From Chloroflexota bacterium (GTDB lineage: Bacteria > Chloroflexota > UBA11872 > UBA12225), in the NCBI GenBank assembly GCA_030447525.1, contig JAUJOR010000003.1:62194-126193 (forward strand): a stretch of DNA of 64,000 nt. The letters are read 5' to 3'. Each line of letters begins with the position of its first letter. The stretch's first letter is position 1. The notes beneath the pieces were generated by a model. It made no database searches and was not told the DNA's origin. It saw only the letters and a program-made list of their open reading frames with translations. Of this stretch, positions 19,424 to 28,904 are shown one piece after another. Both the position numbers and the translations under genes were made by a program.

Positions 19424-20425
19424 ATGTATACCCATCTGGGCAGTGTGACGTTGAAGACTGGCGAGCAGATGGAGCTAGGGGTGGTGCGCTGCCCCGATCC
19501 ATCCTGGGCGCGGCAGATCAAGCCGTTCCTGAGCCACAAGGGACGCGAGACCAAGGACTTCTTCGACGCGGCCTTCGAGCGGCCAATGGACGGTCTGGAA
19601 ACGCGCTTCTACGTTGGCACCATCGGCGGGCTGCTGGTGACCAACGTGATGGTCGCCGGGGCGCGCGGCGCGGGCATCCTGGGGCACGTGTACACCGCGC
19701 CGGAGCACCGGCGGAAGGGCGCCTATGGCCAGCTGATGCCGGTGCAGATGGCAGACACCCAACGCGCCGGGTTCCGGGCCCTCACGCTGGGCACCGGCTT
19801 CGAGACGCATGCGTACCGCATCTACCACGGGAACGGGTTCCGGAGCATCGACGGGACGTCGGGGCGCATGAAGTGGCTGGCGCAGCCAGATGTCGAGGCG
19901 CGGTACTTTCGCTCGGGTGCCACTTCCGTCAGACCGGCGCGCTGGGACGACTGGGGACCGCTGAACCTGTTGACCTACCAACCGGTCCAGGCCGGCGAGG
20001 AGCTCCCCCGCTCCTGGAGCTTCCGCGTCAAGGGGCAGGGGAGCTTGGAGGGCACCTTTCAAGCCCTGCAGCGGGACATCATGCGCCAGACGCCGATCAC
20101 GCCCCTGGCGCTGGAGAGCGAGCACGGTGCCACCGTGGGTTGGGCAGTCCTCCAGCCGGACAACGTTGCCTTCGGCGAGGGCTGGCTCCTCGACCTCTAC
20201 GTGCATCCAGGTTGCGCCGGCGATGCCGGCAAGCTCCTGGACGCCGTGCCGTGGCCGGATCAGGGCCGCGTGGCCGCCTACACCGCCGGTCCGGAGGGGT
20301 ACCGTACGGCTGCGCTACGCGACTTCGGCTTTCGGCCGATCGCGGAGCTGCCCGACTGGCTCCAGGTGAGCGGGAAGCCGGCGCCGCTGCGAGTGCTAGC
20401 GCGGGGGCAGATGCTCCGAGATTGA
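19424..20425 (+). CDS. GNAT family N-acetyltransferase (tandem GNAT-like halves)
   Basis: Acetyl-CoA binding motif HRRKGAYGQLM. 333 aa. Confidence 0.65.
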   Translation: MYTHLGSVTLKTGEQMELGVVRCPDPSWARQIKPFLSHKGRETKDFFDAAFERPMDGLETRFYVGTIGGLLVTNVMVAGARGAGILGHVYTAPEHRRKGAYGQLMPVQMADTQRAGFRALTLGTGFETHAYRIYHGNGFRSIDGTSGRMKWLAQPDVEARYFRSGATSVRPARWDDWGPLNLLTYQPVQAGEELPRSWSFRVKGQGSLEGTFQALQRDIMRQTPITPLALESEHGATVGWAVLQPDNVAFGEGWLLDLYVHPGCAGDAGKLLDAVPWPDQGRVAAYTAGPEGYRTAALRDFGFRPIAELPDWLQVSGKPAPLRVLARGQMLRD

Positions 20426-20581
20426 CACGTTAAGGGGCAGCACACTGTAGGACGTGGCGTCCTTGGAGGCACCTCAGCGTACGCGCCCACGGCGCGGCAA
20501 CAGCACCACCACGAAGCGCGCCTGCCGCATCGAGGCGACGAGAGCGGAGTAGAATCAGGACCGGAGGAGAGACGCCGCGCG

Positions 20582-21295
20582 GTGACTACACGGAGATGGA
20601 TGCTCGCCGCATCGCTGCCGGCCGTGCTTGGCACCGCCGCTTGCGACGCGTCCGCCACCGTGCCATCGGCAACGGTTGTGACCGGTCCAGCGACGATCAA
20701 GCTCACGACGACGTGGACGTCGGGGATGCGTGGCACGGTGATGAAGGAGCTGATCGGCCAGTTCCAGCAGGCACACCCGCAAGTTACGGTCGAGGAGCAG
20801 GTGGTGACGCCGGCCCCCGGCTCAAGCTATGCCGACGCGGTGTTCGTGCAGCTCCCCACCGCCTCGGCCGCGGACGTGATCCAGGGCGACCCCCAGACGA
20901 TGCCGAGGACCGGCAAGAGCCTTCCGGTGATCAACGACGAGCCGCAGATGGTCTACGGCCAGTCCAGGGCGGTAGACGCGGCGTTCCAGTGGGTCAAGTT
21001 CACGGCGAGTAAGGACGTGCAGCTCAAACTTGCCACCACATCCGGGCGCGGTGTGATCCCGTCGCTCAAGAGCGTGGCGAGGAGCGATGCGTGGCTGGGG
21101 CAGTACCCGGACCTCAAGAAGGTGACGATCGAAGCATCCGAGAAGGCGGTGACGCTCCCGTTCCACGGCAAGTACCAGCGCTGGCAGACCGCCATTCAAG
21201 CGGGCGCCGCGCGGGCATTCCGCGGCGAGCTCTCGGCACGCGAGGCGATGCTCGAAGCGACGCGCGAAGGAGACAAGATCCTCGCTGGCCAGTAG
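20582..21295 (+). pseudogene. ABC transporter solute-binding protein with a large internal deletion
   Basis: Signal peptide with lipobox (MTTRRWMLAASLPAVLGTAAC). SBP N-terminal strand (KLTTTWTSGMRGTVMKELIGQFQQAHPQVTVEE) and SBP C-terminal helices are present. It is only 237 aa against >400 for the family, so the central part is missing. Confidence 0.45.
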
Positions 21296-21614
21296 CGGCC
21301 TGGAGCCTCCGTCCGCGTACCAGAAGCGAGTCGAGCTGCCAAACGGCAAGCTCAACTCGCAGATCTGGGTCAGGCTTGTCGACGGTTCGGAAGAGCTGGC
21401 GGCGCACGGCCCGGCGTCTGCGCCGCAGCACGTCACGCTGCCGGATGGCGGGCACCTGATCGTCTTCCGTACCGATACGCTCAAGGCCCCGCCAAGGCCG
21501 CCTAACGGTCACTCCTGGACGGCCGAGGAAGGCTACCCGGCGGCGCGCGAGGGTGGTGGCGCCTCAGTCGGCTACGCTTACCGTGGTGGGGACGGAGCGT
21601 GGCGACGCGGGTAC

Positions 21615-22412
21615 GTGGCACGCGCCCGCGAAGTCATCATGCGCGATCGGATGGAGCAGGACGCCTGTACCGGGCGGCTCTACCCCGCCTTTGAGTTTCT
21701 TGGTCTGCCGTCGCTCGTCCAAGACGAGCATGGCGTGCCGTGGTGCTTCTGGCGCAATCCGCTCCGCCGCCACACGTACCGCGCCCGCTGGCTCGGGCCG
21801 GCCTTCGGCTTCAGCACGCCGGTCGAAGCGACACGCGCCGGGTACGCGCTGACCGAAGAGGTTCCCACCGAGCGCCCGGTCCAGGTGACGCTTGACACGT
21901 CGTCCCCAAGGCGTGTCCTATTCGCGGACCTGCTCGTCGTCGCCGAGCTGCGCGGCGTCGAGCTGCGGATGGGCCGGCGCGCGTGCGGGTCAGCGCCGAC
22001 GGACCGGTATCGTGCGAGCCGATCTCGATGGACGGCGAATCGATGTCTGAGCTGCCGGCGCAGGGGAGCTTCCGGCTTCGCTTCGGCCTACACTCGCACG
22101 CGGCGAAGCTCTATTCGTTCCGGTTCGAGCAGTCGTGAGCGTCGCCCTCATCTACGCGCCTGCCCGCGTGCCGCCGTGAAGCTCCACGCCACTCATGGCC
22201 AGGTCGAGCGTCGCGAAGCTGTCCACCAGCGACGTGAGGCGCCGCTGGCGCACGAGCTCGCGCAGTCCCATCTCTACCGACCTGCATCTGATACCTGTAC
22301 GGACGGCGCGCAGCTGCCAGTTTTGGGCGAGCCGCCGGGCATGGGGCCGCGTGGGGACCTTTGTGGACCAGACGACGTTTCGACGACCGCGGGCGGCGGG
22401 GTGAAGCGGTGA
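21615..22412 (+). CDS. hypothetical protein, probably frameshifted
   Basis: Protein-like N-terminal 160 aa (RLYPAFEFLGLPSLVQDEHGVPWCFWRNPL). The C-terminus turns into an Arg/Ser-rich run after ~21950, while the +2 frame gives a protein-like ending (RVRVSADGPVSCEPISMDGESMSELPAQGSFRLRFGLHSHAAKLYSFRFEQS, stop at 22139). Confidence 0.25.
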   Translation: MARAREVIMRDRMEQDACTGRLYPAFEFLGLPSLVQDEHGVPWCFWRNPLRRHTYRARWLGPAFGFSTPVEATRAGYALTEEVPTERPVQVTLDTSSPRRVLFADLLVVAELRGVELRMGRRACGSAPTDRYRASRSRWTANRCLSCRRRGASGFASAYTRTRRSSIRSGSSSRERRPHLRACPRAAVKLHATHGQVERREAVHQRREAPLAHELAQSHLYRPASDTCTDGAQLPVLGEPPGMGPRGDLCGPDDVSTTAGGGVKR

Positions 22413-22413
22413 C

Positions 22414-23619
22414 GTGAACGCCAGTGCAACTGTGGCTCCCGAGTTGCGGCGGATCATCGAGGTCCTGCTCTCGGCGCGCTATGGCATGCCCCTCCGAGTG
22501 ACCGGGGTAGAGGGGTTTCGGCCGCATCAGGTGTCGCGCTGCACCCTGGCGCCGGTCGCTGGAGATGCTCCAGACGTCCCGCCGACTGTCATCGTCCGAG
22601 TCCTGCGAAGCGATCCTGCCCGGTCCGATCCGGCCCGCCTGCTCAACGAGCAGGCGGCTCTCGAGTTCCTGGCCGCGATCGGCAGCGCGGTCGCCCCGCG
22701 CTTCATCGTGGGAGATGCCGCGGCGGGAGTCCTCGTCAGCGAGGATCTGGGTTCCCACCCGTCGCTGCTCGACGTCCTGCTCGGCAGTGACGGGGCAGCC
22801 GCGCGCGAGGGGCTGATCGCGTTCGCGCGCGCCCTCGGAAGACTGCACGCCGACACGGCCGGGCGCGCGGTGGACTACCAGGCGCGCCGCGTGGCCCTGG
22901 GCCCGACCGCCGCCGTCGCCAGCGCTGACCCGGAGGCCGGCGCCTCGGTCGTCCACAGCTGGCAGGGTGTCCGCGCGGCCGTCGACCAGCTGGGGCTCCC
23001 CCCTCCCTACGGCGTCGATGACGACGTGGAAGCGGTCGCCGCCGCGCTGGCGGCGCCCGGTGACTACCTGGCGCTGTCCAGCGGAGACCCGTCCGTCGTC
23101 AACTGCAAGGTCGTGGGTGGGAGGGTGCGCCTCTTCGACTTCGAGTCGGCGGGCTTCCGGCACGCGCTCATCGACGCCACGGTCCTGCGCTACCCCTACC
23201 CCACGGGTGGGCCGGTGTGGCGCCTGCCGCGGGAGGTGGGCGACGCGGCCGAGCGGGCGTACCGCGACGAGCTGGAACTCGCGTGCCCTGGGGCGAGGGA
23301 CACGCCCGGCTACGAGCGCGCCCTGGCCGCGGCGTGCGCGGCGTGGACCATCCTCAGGCTGGTCCGACTCCAAAGGGTGGAGGCGGGCCCCGACCGCGAG
23401 CCGTGGCGCCTCCTGCCCCCCGGGTGGGCGGCGCCGGTGCCCGAGCGCTCGCGCCGGCGCCAGCTGGTCTCGATCATCGAGACGTGCGTCGCGTCTGCGC
23501 GACACGCGGGCACACTCGACAGGCTCGCCGCGTGGTGCGTGCGCGTGGCGGGCTCGCTGCGCACGCGCTGGCCAGAAGCGATCGAGGAGGATCCCCTGTA
23601 CCCTGCGCTTACGACGTAG
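22414..23619 (+). CDS. phosphotransferase enzyme family protein (APH / protein-kinase-like fold)
   Basis: 401 aa. N-lobe present. Catalytic-loop-like GDPSVVNCKV (D and N retained, His replaced). DFE metal-binding motif LFDFESAGF. Confidence 0.6.
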   Translation: MNASATVAPELRRIIEVLLSARYGMPLRVTGVEGFRPHQVSRCTLAPVAGDAPDVPPTVIVRVLRSDPARSDPARLLNEQAALEFLAAIGSAVAPRFIVGDAAAGVLVSEDLGSHPSLLDVLLGSDGAAAREGLIAFARALGRLHADTAGRAVDYQARRVALGPTAAVASADPEAGASVVHSWQGVRAAVDQLGLPPPYGVDDDVEAVAAALAAPGDYLALSSGDPSVVNCKVVGGRVRLFDFESAGFRHALIDATVLRYPYPTGGPVWRLPREVGDAAERAYRDELELACPGARDTPGYERALAAACAAWTILRLVRLQRVEAGPDREPWRLLPPGWAAPVPERSRRRQLVSIIETCVASARHAGTLDRLAAWCVRVAGSLRTRWPEAIEEDPLYPALTT

Positions 23620-23708
23620 CGGCCCTGCAGCTCTGCGGCCCCTGTGCCGAGCGGCGGTTGGGGGGGGCAGCCAGTTCCGCCCCGGCGTGGGCGAAGGCGC
23701 GCAGGGCC

Positions 23709-24284
23709 GTGGCGCGCTGCGCACGCGCTCGGCCACAGTATCGTGGCGGGGGTGGCAACGGCTACCTGTACGCGCTGGGTGGCAACGACTGCCTCGTCGT
23801 GGAGTGCGCGGCCACGGGCGCGCGTCACAACGTCTCCTTCCGCGGCCCCCAGACGAGTGGCAACGTGCTGCTCCGCCTCGTCCTGCGAGACGGGCTGCAC
23901 GCCGCCGACTCCCACATGCAGCTGAGCGTCGCCAACCTCGTCGACAGTCCTTCTCTCGACCGGGAGTACCTTGAGGCGGCGTACCGCCCCTACGGCGATA
24001 TCGAGCACGGGCAGACCATCAGCCAGAGCGTCTTCTGGAACGTCCGCGGCGAACGGCCGTACCGGCACATGCGCCTGCCGGTGGCGGTGATCTCGCAGCA
24101 GTTCGGCTGGGGCTACGTCATCGGCACGAGCGGGCCGTGCTCGGGAGTGACCGTGCCGAGCGGGAGCGGCACCGAGCCGGTCGACCATGTGGAGGGGCTT
24201 GGCGAGGGTGAGGGGCTGGTCCCCCGATCGCTCTACGAAGACGAGCTCTCCCACCGCCTTGACCGGCTCAGAGGTGCAACGTAG
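23709..24284 (+). CDS. hypothetical protein
   Basis: GTG start. 191 aa with W/Y/F-rich composition (SQSVFWNVRGERPYRHMRLPVAVISQQFGWGYVIGTSGP). No domain recognised. A 338-aa antisense shadow ORF overlaps it. Confidence 0.3.
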   Translation: MARCARARPQYRGGGGNGYLYALGGNDCLVVECAATGARHNVSFRGPQTSGNVLLRLVLRDGLHAADSHMQLSVANLVDSPSLDREYLEAAYRPYGDIEHGQTISQSVFWNVRGERPYRHMRLPVAVISQQFGWGYVIGTSGPCSGVTVPSGSGTEPVDHVEGLGEGEGLVPRSLYEDELSHRLDRLRGAT

Positions 24285-24450
24285 AACACGTAGCTCGCAA
24301 ACCATGCTTGGGAAGCACGAGTTCACCGGCTTCGTCTACCGATCTGAGGGCGACGCTCCCGTCCCGCAAGCGGGGAGGCGGCGCTCCCCGGCGTGCGCTT
24401 CGACCGCGCGAGGCGACTCCACGGGAAGTGGCACTGGGTAGCCTACGACT

Positions 24451-24617
24451 AACTACACCTTGACCGTGCCGGTCACCCCTGACGCATGAACCTGCGGCCG
24501 ACACCGGCCGACTCCCGGATGGGCGCGTCTCTTTTCACTGCACTGCTCCATGGCCCTACGGGCCACCACCGACGGGGGGAAAGCGGCACCACAGGCGCTA
24601 TTTTTGGAGCACCACGC
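24451..24617. repeat. direct repeat copy 2 (~167 bp); first copy at 14253-14418
   Basis: See copy 1. It lies ~280 bp upstream of the HExxH protein gene. Confidence 0.85.
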
Positions 24618-24897
24618 TTACATTCGCTGGCCCAGGCGTGCCAAGGAAGGTGAATGGTTCCGAGAAACTGCGGCTGTTGGTGCGGTCAGGTGGGCGTGGC
24701 GCTGCCGCCCGGCCGCTGCGTCGCGCTCGTCCTCTACGGCACACCCTCCACGATCCGCTCGCAGGAACGGCGTGACTCAGAATGCTTGGCGCAATGCGTC
24801 CTCCGGCTCGATCCACCACCGGGGCCTACGTGGCGTAACGCGCCCTCCAGGCGCCCCATTCCGGCCGTACACTGGCGCGGGATCGGAGGCGAAGGCG

Positions 24898-25863
24898 ATG
24901 GATGCCCCCAAGTGGACCAGCTGGACGATCGGCGTCACCGAGATCGCCAACCGCTTCCATGTGGTCAACAACCTGGCCTCGTGGAACGTCTCGGCGCGCC
25001 CGCACTACAACTGCGCTTGGATCGAGGAGACCGGTCCGCTGAGCGCAGCTGAGCGAGAGGCGCTGGACGCAGCTCGCGAGGTCTTCCCGCGGTACGGAGG
25101 TGGGCCGAGCGCCGTGTGGGGGGCGTTCATCGCCGCCCAGGACGAGGCTGACGCCTGGGCCCGCGCGGCGCGGCTGGTGACGAGCGAAGATCTCCAGACG
25201 CTCCGGCAGGCGATGGCGACGCTCGGGCCGCGGTTCCGCCTGCTGTGGGAGCGCGATCGGCCACGCCTCGAGACCGTCCGGGAGCGGCTGGAGCCGGCGC
25301 TGCGCGCGCCGGGGATTGCCGAGGCGGTGGCGAAGCTGGGCCGCTACCTTGCATCCGCAGCTCCGAGTGTACGGATCGAGCTGCTGATGAGCCGGGGCAG
25401 CGGCTCCGCCGGCGGGGCCAACGGCGGGCGGATCACGCTGGAGGTGCAGGAGTGCGATGACATGGCCGAGGCGGCCGACGTGGTGGTGCACGAGCTGGGG
25501 CACTTCATGGAGCGGGCGCACTTCCTGCCGCGCTACCGGTCGCTTGCCGAGCGGCACCGCCTCCTCGAGCGGCGTGGCGCGCCCGGGTGGGACGCGTTCG
25601 TGCTCGTCAAGGAGGCCCTGCACCTGTCCCTGTGCCCCAGCGGGTGCCTCAGCCCGCTGTACGGCGTCCCTATCCGCGACCACGCCGGGGACGCGACCCG
25701 GGCGCGCGGGGCCGGCTACCCTCGCCAGGCGGGGCTCCTCGAGCTGACTTCCCTGGTGCTGCCGCTGGTGCGCGAGTATCTGGACCCGGAGCGGCCGGTG
25801 GACGACGCCCTGCTCGCGTCCGGTATCGCCGCCTTCGAGGCCAATCCCCACACGCTCGCCTGA
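24898..25863 (+). CDS. hypothetical protein with an HExxH zinc-metallopeptidase-like motif
   Basis: RBS GGAGGCGAAGGCG precedes the ATG. 321 aa. VVVHELGHFMERAHFLP contains HELGH followed by a downstream E/H. Confidence 0.5.
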   Translation: MDAPKWTSWTIGVTEIANRFHVVNNLASWNVSARPHYNCAWIEETGPLSAAEREALDAAREVFPRYGGGPSAVWGAFIAAQDEADAWARAARLVTSEDLQTLRQAMATLGPRFRLLWERDRPRLETVRERLEPALRAPGIAEAVAKLGRYLASAAPSVRIELLMSRGSGSAGGANGGRITLEVQECDDMAEAADVVVHELGHFMERAHFLPRYRSLAERHRLLERRGAPGWDAFVLVKEALHLSLCPSGCLSPLYGVPIRDHAGDATRARGAGYPRQAGLLELTSLVLPLVREYLDPERPVDDALLASGIAAFEANPHTLA

Positions 25864-25883
25864 CGCGGGGCGCGAGGGAGCAT

Positions 25884-27038
25884 CTACCTCCGCCCGCCGG
25901 CCAGGCTCTCGCCCGCGATCTTCGGGACCGGCCCAGATCCCCGGCGACGCAATCGGTGAGGCGGCAGGGGGTCGCCGGCGAGATTGGCTTCGCGGGCGCG
26001 CTGGGCGGCGAGTCGACGGTACTCGGGACTGAGGCGCTTGAGCGCCTGGTGGGCCTCGTGCTTCACCTGCGGACTCGGGTCGCCGCGCAGGGCGGCCTGG
26101 AGCACGTCGCAGGCAAGCTGAAGGTAGGGCGCGTGACCGAGTCGCTGCGCGGCGGCGACGCGCACGTGCGCATCTGGGTCGTGTTCGGCGATGTGCGCCA
26201 GCAGGGGCAACACGTCTTGGCCTCGGAGCCCCCCTACGGCAGCGCGCCGCACCAGTGCGCTTGAGTCTTCGAGCGCCGCCTCCCGGAATGCTGCCTGCAC
26301 CATCGGGTCATCTGCACGATGACCGAGCGCCTGCGCCGCGGTCCAGCGAACGCGCCGGTTGGCGTCACCCCGGAACAGCTGAATCAGCAGCGGCTGCACG
26401 TCCAGCTGGAGTGGCTCCGGCTTGCAGCGTTCGCACATCAAGGCGTGGAGCGCGCCGCGCCGGACGTCGGCGTCAGGGTCGTGCAGCGCCACGTGCGTGA
26501 GCTGGGGCACGCACGCGTCGGTGGCGTGATGATCGATGAAGCCGAGCGCGGCCCCGCGGATGCGCGCGTCCGGGTCGGACAACGCCTCCAGCGCGACGCG
26601 CATGCCGGAGGGGCCGGCGGCGGCCAGCGACTCCATCGCGCGTCGGCGCGCAGACCAGTCGATCGGCCGCTCGATGGCCCGTTGGAGCAGGGTCCGCAAT
26701 GGCGCCAGCTCGACCGCTTGACGCAAGCGCGTCCAGCTCGGGAAACCATGCTCCCGTGCGATGACCAGCTGCGCCTGGGACAGCGTGAGCGCCCGGGCGG
26801 CCTGTGCCGCCGGCCGTTGGGAGGGGGCGGGCGTCCCTGGGAAGCAGCGCTCCAGCCGCGCCTGGGCGGCCGAATCGCCACGCACCACCGCGGCCAGCAG
26901 CTCCTTTGCTTGCTTCCTCAGCTGCTCCAGAGATGGCTGCGGCGGCAGCGCGCGGGCGGCCGGCGGCGAGGGCTGAGGTGTAACCGGAACGGGCGGGGGC
27001 AACGACGGCGGGGCGAGTGGTGCGGGCTGTGGGCCCAC
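25884..27038 (-). CDS. HEAT-repeat (PBS-lyase-like) protein
   Basis: Repeated DPDARIRGAALGFI / DPDADVRRGALHAL / DPDAHVRVAAAQRLG units. Pro-rich N-terminus. GTG start with RBS AGGTAGG. Confidence 0.55.
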   Translation of the reverse strand: MGPQPAPLAPPSLPPPVPVTPQPSPPAARALPPQPSLEQLRKQAKELLAAVVRGDSAAQARLERCFPGTPAPSQRPAAQAARALTLSQAQLVIAREHGFPSWTRLRQAVELAPLRTLLQRAIERPIDWSARRRAMESLAAAGPSGMRVALEALSDPDARIRGAALGFIDHHATDACVPQLTHVALHDPDADVRRGALHALMCERCKPEPLQLDVQPLLIQLFRGDANRRVRWTAAQALGHRADDPMVQAAFREAALEDSSALVRRAAVGGLRGQDVLPLLAHIAEHDPDAHVRVAAAQRLGHAPYLQLACDVLQAALRGDPSPQVKHEAHQALKRLSPEYRRLAAQRAREANLAGDPLPPHRLRRRGSGPVPKIAGESLAGGRR

Positions 27039-27208
27039 GGGACACCTACCTTTCTTGGTGGCCCAATGTCCGCGTCGCAGGCCGAAAGGAGGTCGGTTGT
27101 GGCACGGTAGCCAGAGGCAGCCTTGGGTGGGCTCTGCCCTTCCCGCGGACCGGCGGCGCCCCACGCGCCATACTGATTGTAGAACGTCGGGGCCCCAACC
27201 GTGCCCCC

Positions 27209-27326
27209 GGGGCTTTGCCCAAAAAGTCCGCTGAGACACCAATCGGTGGATTGCGCCCAGGTTAGCGTTGCCGCTGCTGGCGCTGTACTTACGCGCTACT
27301 GGCACATGTTGGGCAAAGCCTGCCCC
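27209..27326. promoter_or_regulatory. 12-bp inverted repeat GGGGCTTTGCCC ... GGGCAAAGCC(tg)CCCC flanking ~90 bp in the HEAT/hen1 divergent intergenic region
   Basis: The arms could form a long-range stem in a leader RNA or serve as paired protein-binding sites. Confidence 0.3.
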
Positions 27327-27433
27327 CGGAGGGCGTCGGCTTACCATGTGCGTCGGGTCGACCCGGTAAGTGTCACCGGCACGACAATCCTGGCGAGAGG
27401 CGGTGCTTCAGTATTGCGCTAAGCGAGCGGTCA

Positions 27434-27482
27434 ACGTACGCTCCTCAGACCAATACAGACGTACGCTCCTCAGTCCAATACA
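27434..27482. promoter_or_regulatory. two tandem 24-nt direct repeats (ACGTACGCTCCTCAGaCCAATACA / ...tCCAATACA) ending 12 nt upstream of the hen1 ATG
   Basis: Near-perfect tandem duplication with a 25-bp period. Local GC is lower than the surrounding sequence. Confidence 0.4.
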
Positions 27483-27494
27483 TAAGAGAGAACG

Positions 27495-28904
27495 ATGCTG
27501 CTCACCATCGCCACCACCCATCGCCCGGCCACGGACCTGGGATATCTGCTGCACAAGAACCCGGCCCGGGTGCAGTCGTTCCCACTGTCGTTTGGTCGGG
27601 CGCACGTCTTCTACCCGGAGGCGACCCCGGAGCGCTGCTCGGCGGCTCTGTTGCTGGACGTGGATCCGGTCGGCCTGGTGCGCGGCCGTGGTGCCGGACC
27701 CACCGGGGGCGACGGCGCCTCGCTCGCGCAGTACGTCAACGACCGGCCCTACGTTGCCTCCTCGTTCCTGAGCGTTGCCCTCTCACAGGTCTACGGCAGC
27801 GCCCTCTCGGGACGGAGCAAGGAGCGCCCCGAGCTGGTCGAGCAGGAGCTGCCGTTTGAGGCGACGCTGGCCGTGCTCCCCTGCCGAGGCGGCGAGGGGT
27901 TCCTGCGCCGCCTGTTCGAGCCACTCGGCTATGGCGTGACGGCGCAGGGCCACCCGCTGGACGAGCAGTTCCCCGCCTGGGGTCAGAGCCGCTACTTTAC
28001 CGTCACCCTGCGCGCCACCACGCCGCTGCAGCGCCTGCTCACACATCTCTACGTGCTTGTCCCGGTGCTTGATGACGAGAAGCACTACTGGGTGGGAGAG
28101 GACGAGGTGCAGAAGCTGCTGCGCCACGGCGCGGGCTGGCTGGCGATGCACCCCCAGCGCGAGCAGATCGCCCGGCGCTACCTGCGCCACCAGTCCCGCC
28201 TGACGCGTGCCGCCCTGGCGCGCCTGGTGGAGGAGGACACACCCGATCCGGCTGCGGCCGATGAGGTCCACGCAGGGGAAGAGGCGGCCGTCGAGCGGCC
28301 CCTCGGTCTCGACGAGCAGCGGCAGGCGGCGGTCATGGCCGCCCTCCACGCCGCCGGCGCGCGTCGCGTCATCGACCTGGGCTGCGGCGAGGGCAAGCTC
28401 GTCCAGGCCCTGCTGAACGACCCCGCCTTCGGCGAGGTGGCGGGGATGGACGTGTCGTCGCGCGCCCTCGCCCTTGCCGAGCAGCGCCTGGATGTCGAGC
28501 GCCTGGCAGCGTCGAACGGGCAGCGCCTCCGTCTCTTCCAGGGCACACTCACCTACCGTGACCGGCGCATCGAGGGCTACGATGCCGCCACTGTGGTCGA
28601 GGTGATCGAGCACCTCGACCCGGCCCGGCTGCGCGCCTTCGAGCGCGTCCTGTTCGGCGAGGCACGGCCGGCCACCGTCATCGTCACCACGCCAAACGTG
28701 GAGTACAACGCCCGCTTCGAGCACCTGCCGGCCGGCCGTTTCCGCCATCACGACCACCAATTCGAGTGGACTCGGGCGGAGTTCGAGGCGTGGGCCCACG
28801 ACGTGGCGGCGCGCCACAGCTACACCGTGCAGGTCGCGCCGATTGGCCCGCTCGATCCAGAGCTTGGCCCGCCAACACAGATGGGAGTCTTCCGCCGTGG
28901 CTGA
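27495..28904 (+). CDS. hen1: 3'-terminal RNA ribose 2'-O-methyltransferase Hen1 (bacterial type)
   Basis: 469 aa. N-terminal Hen1 RNA-binding/ligase-activating domain (MLLTIATTHRPATDLGYLLHKNP...). C-terminal SAM methyltransferase (VIDLGCGEGKLVQALLND, VIEHLD, HHDHQFEW). Confidence 0.85.
   Translation: MLLTIATTHRPATDLGYLLHKNPARVQSFPLSFGRAHVFYPEATPERCSAALLLDVDPVGLVRGRGAGPTGGDGASLAQYVNDRPYVASSFLSVALSQVYGSALSGRSKERPELVEQELPFEATLAVLPCRGGEGFLRRLFEPLGYGVTAQGHPLDEQFPAWGQSRYFTVTLRATTPLQRLLTHLYVLVPVLDDEKHYWVGEDEVQKLLRHGAGWLAMHPQREQIARRYLRHQSRLTRAALARLVEEDTPDPAAADEVHAGEEAAVERPLGLDEQRQAAVMAALHAAGARRVIDLGCGEGKLVQALLNDPAFGEVAGMDVSSRALALAEQRLDVERLAASNGQRLRLFQGTLTYRDRRIEGYDAATVVEVIEHLDPARLRAFERVLFGEARPATVIVTTPNVEYNARFEHLPAGRFRHHDHQFEWTRAEFEAWAHDVAARHSYTVQVAPIGPLDPELGPPTQMGVFRRG

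Noticed and set aside
22111-23736. 541-aa ORF on the minus strand
   Set aside because: It lies antisense to the kinase-like gene, has Arg/Gly/Pro-rich composition and no motifs. It is a shadow ORF of the kind expected in 70% GC DNA.
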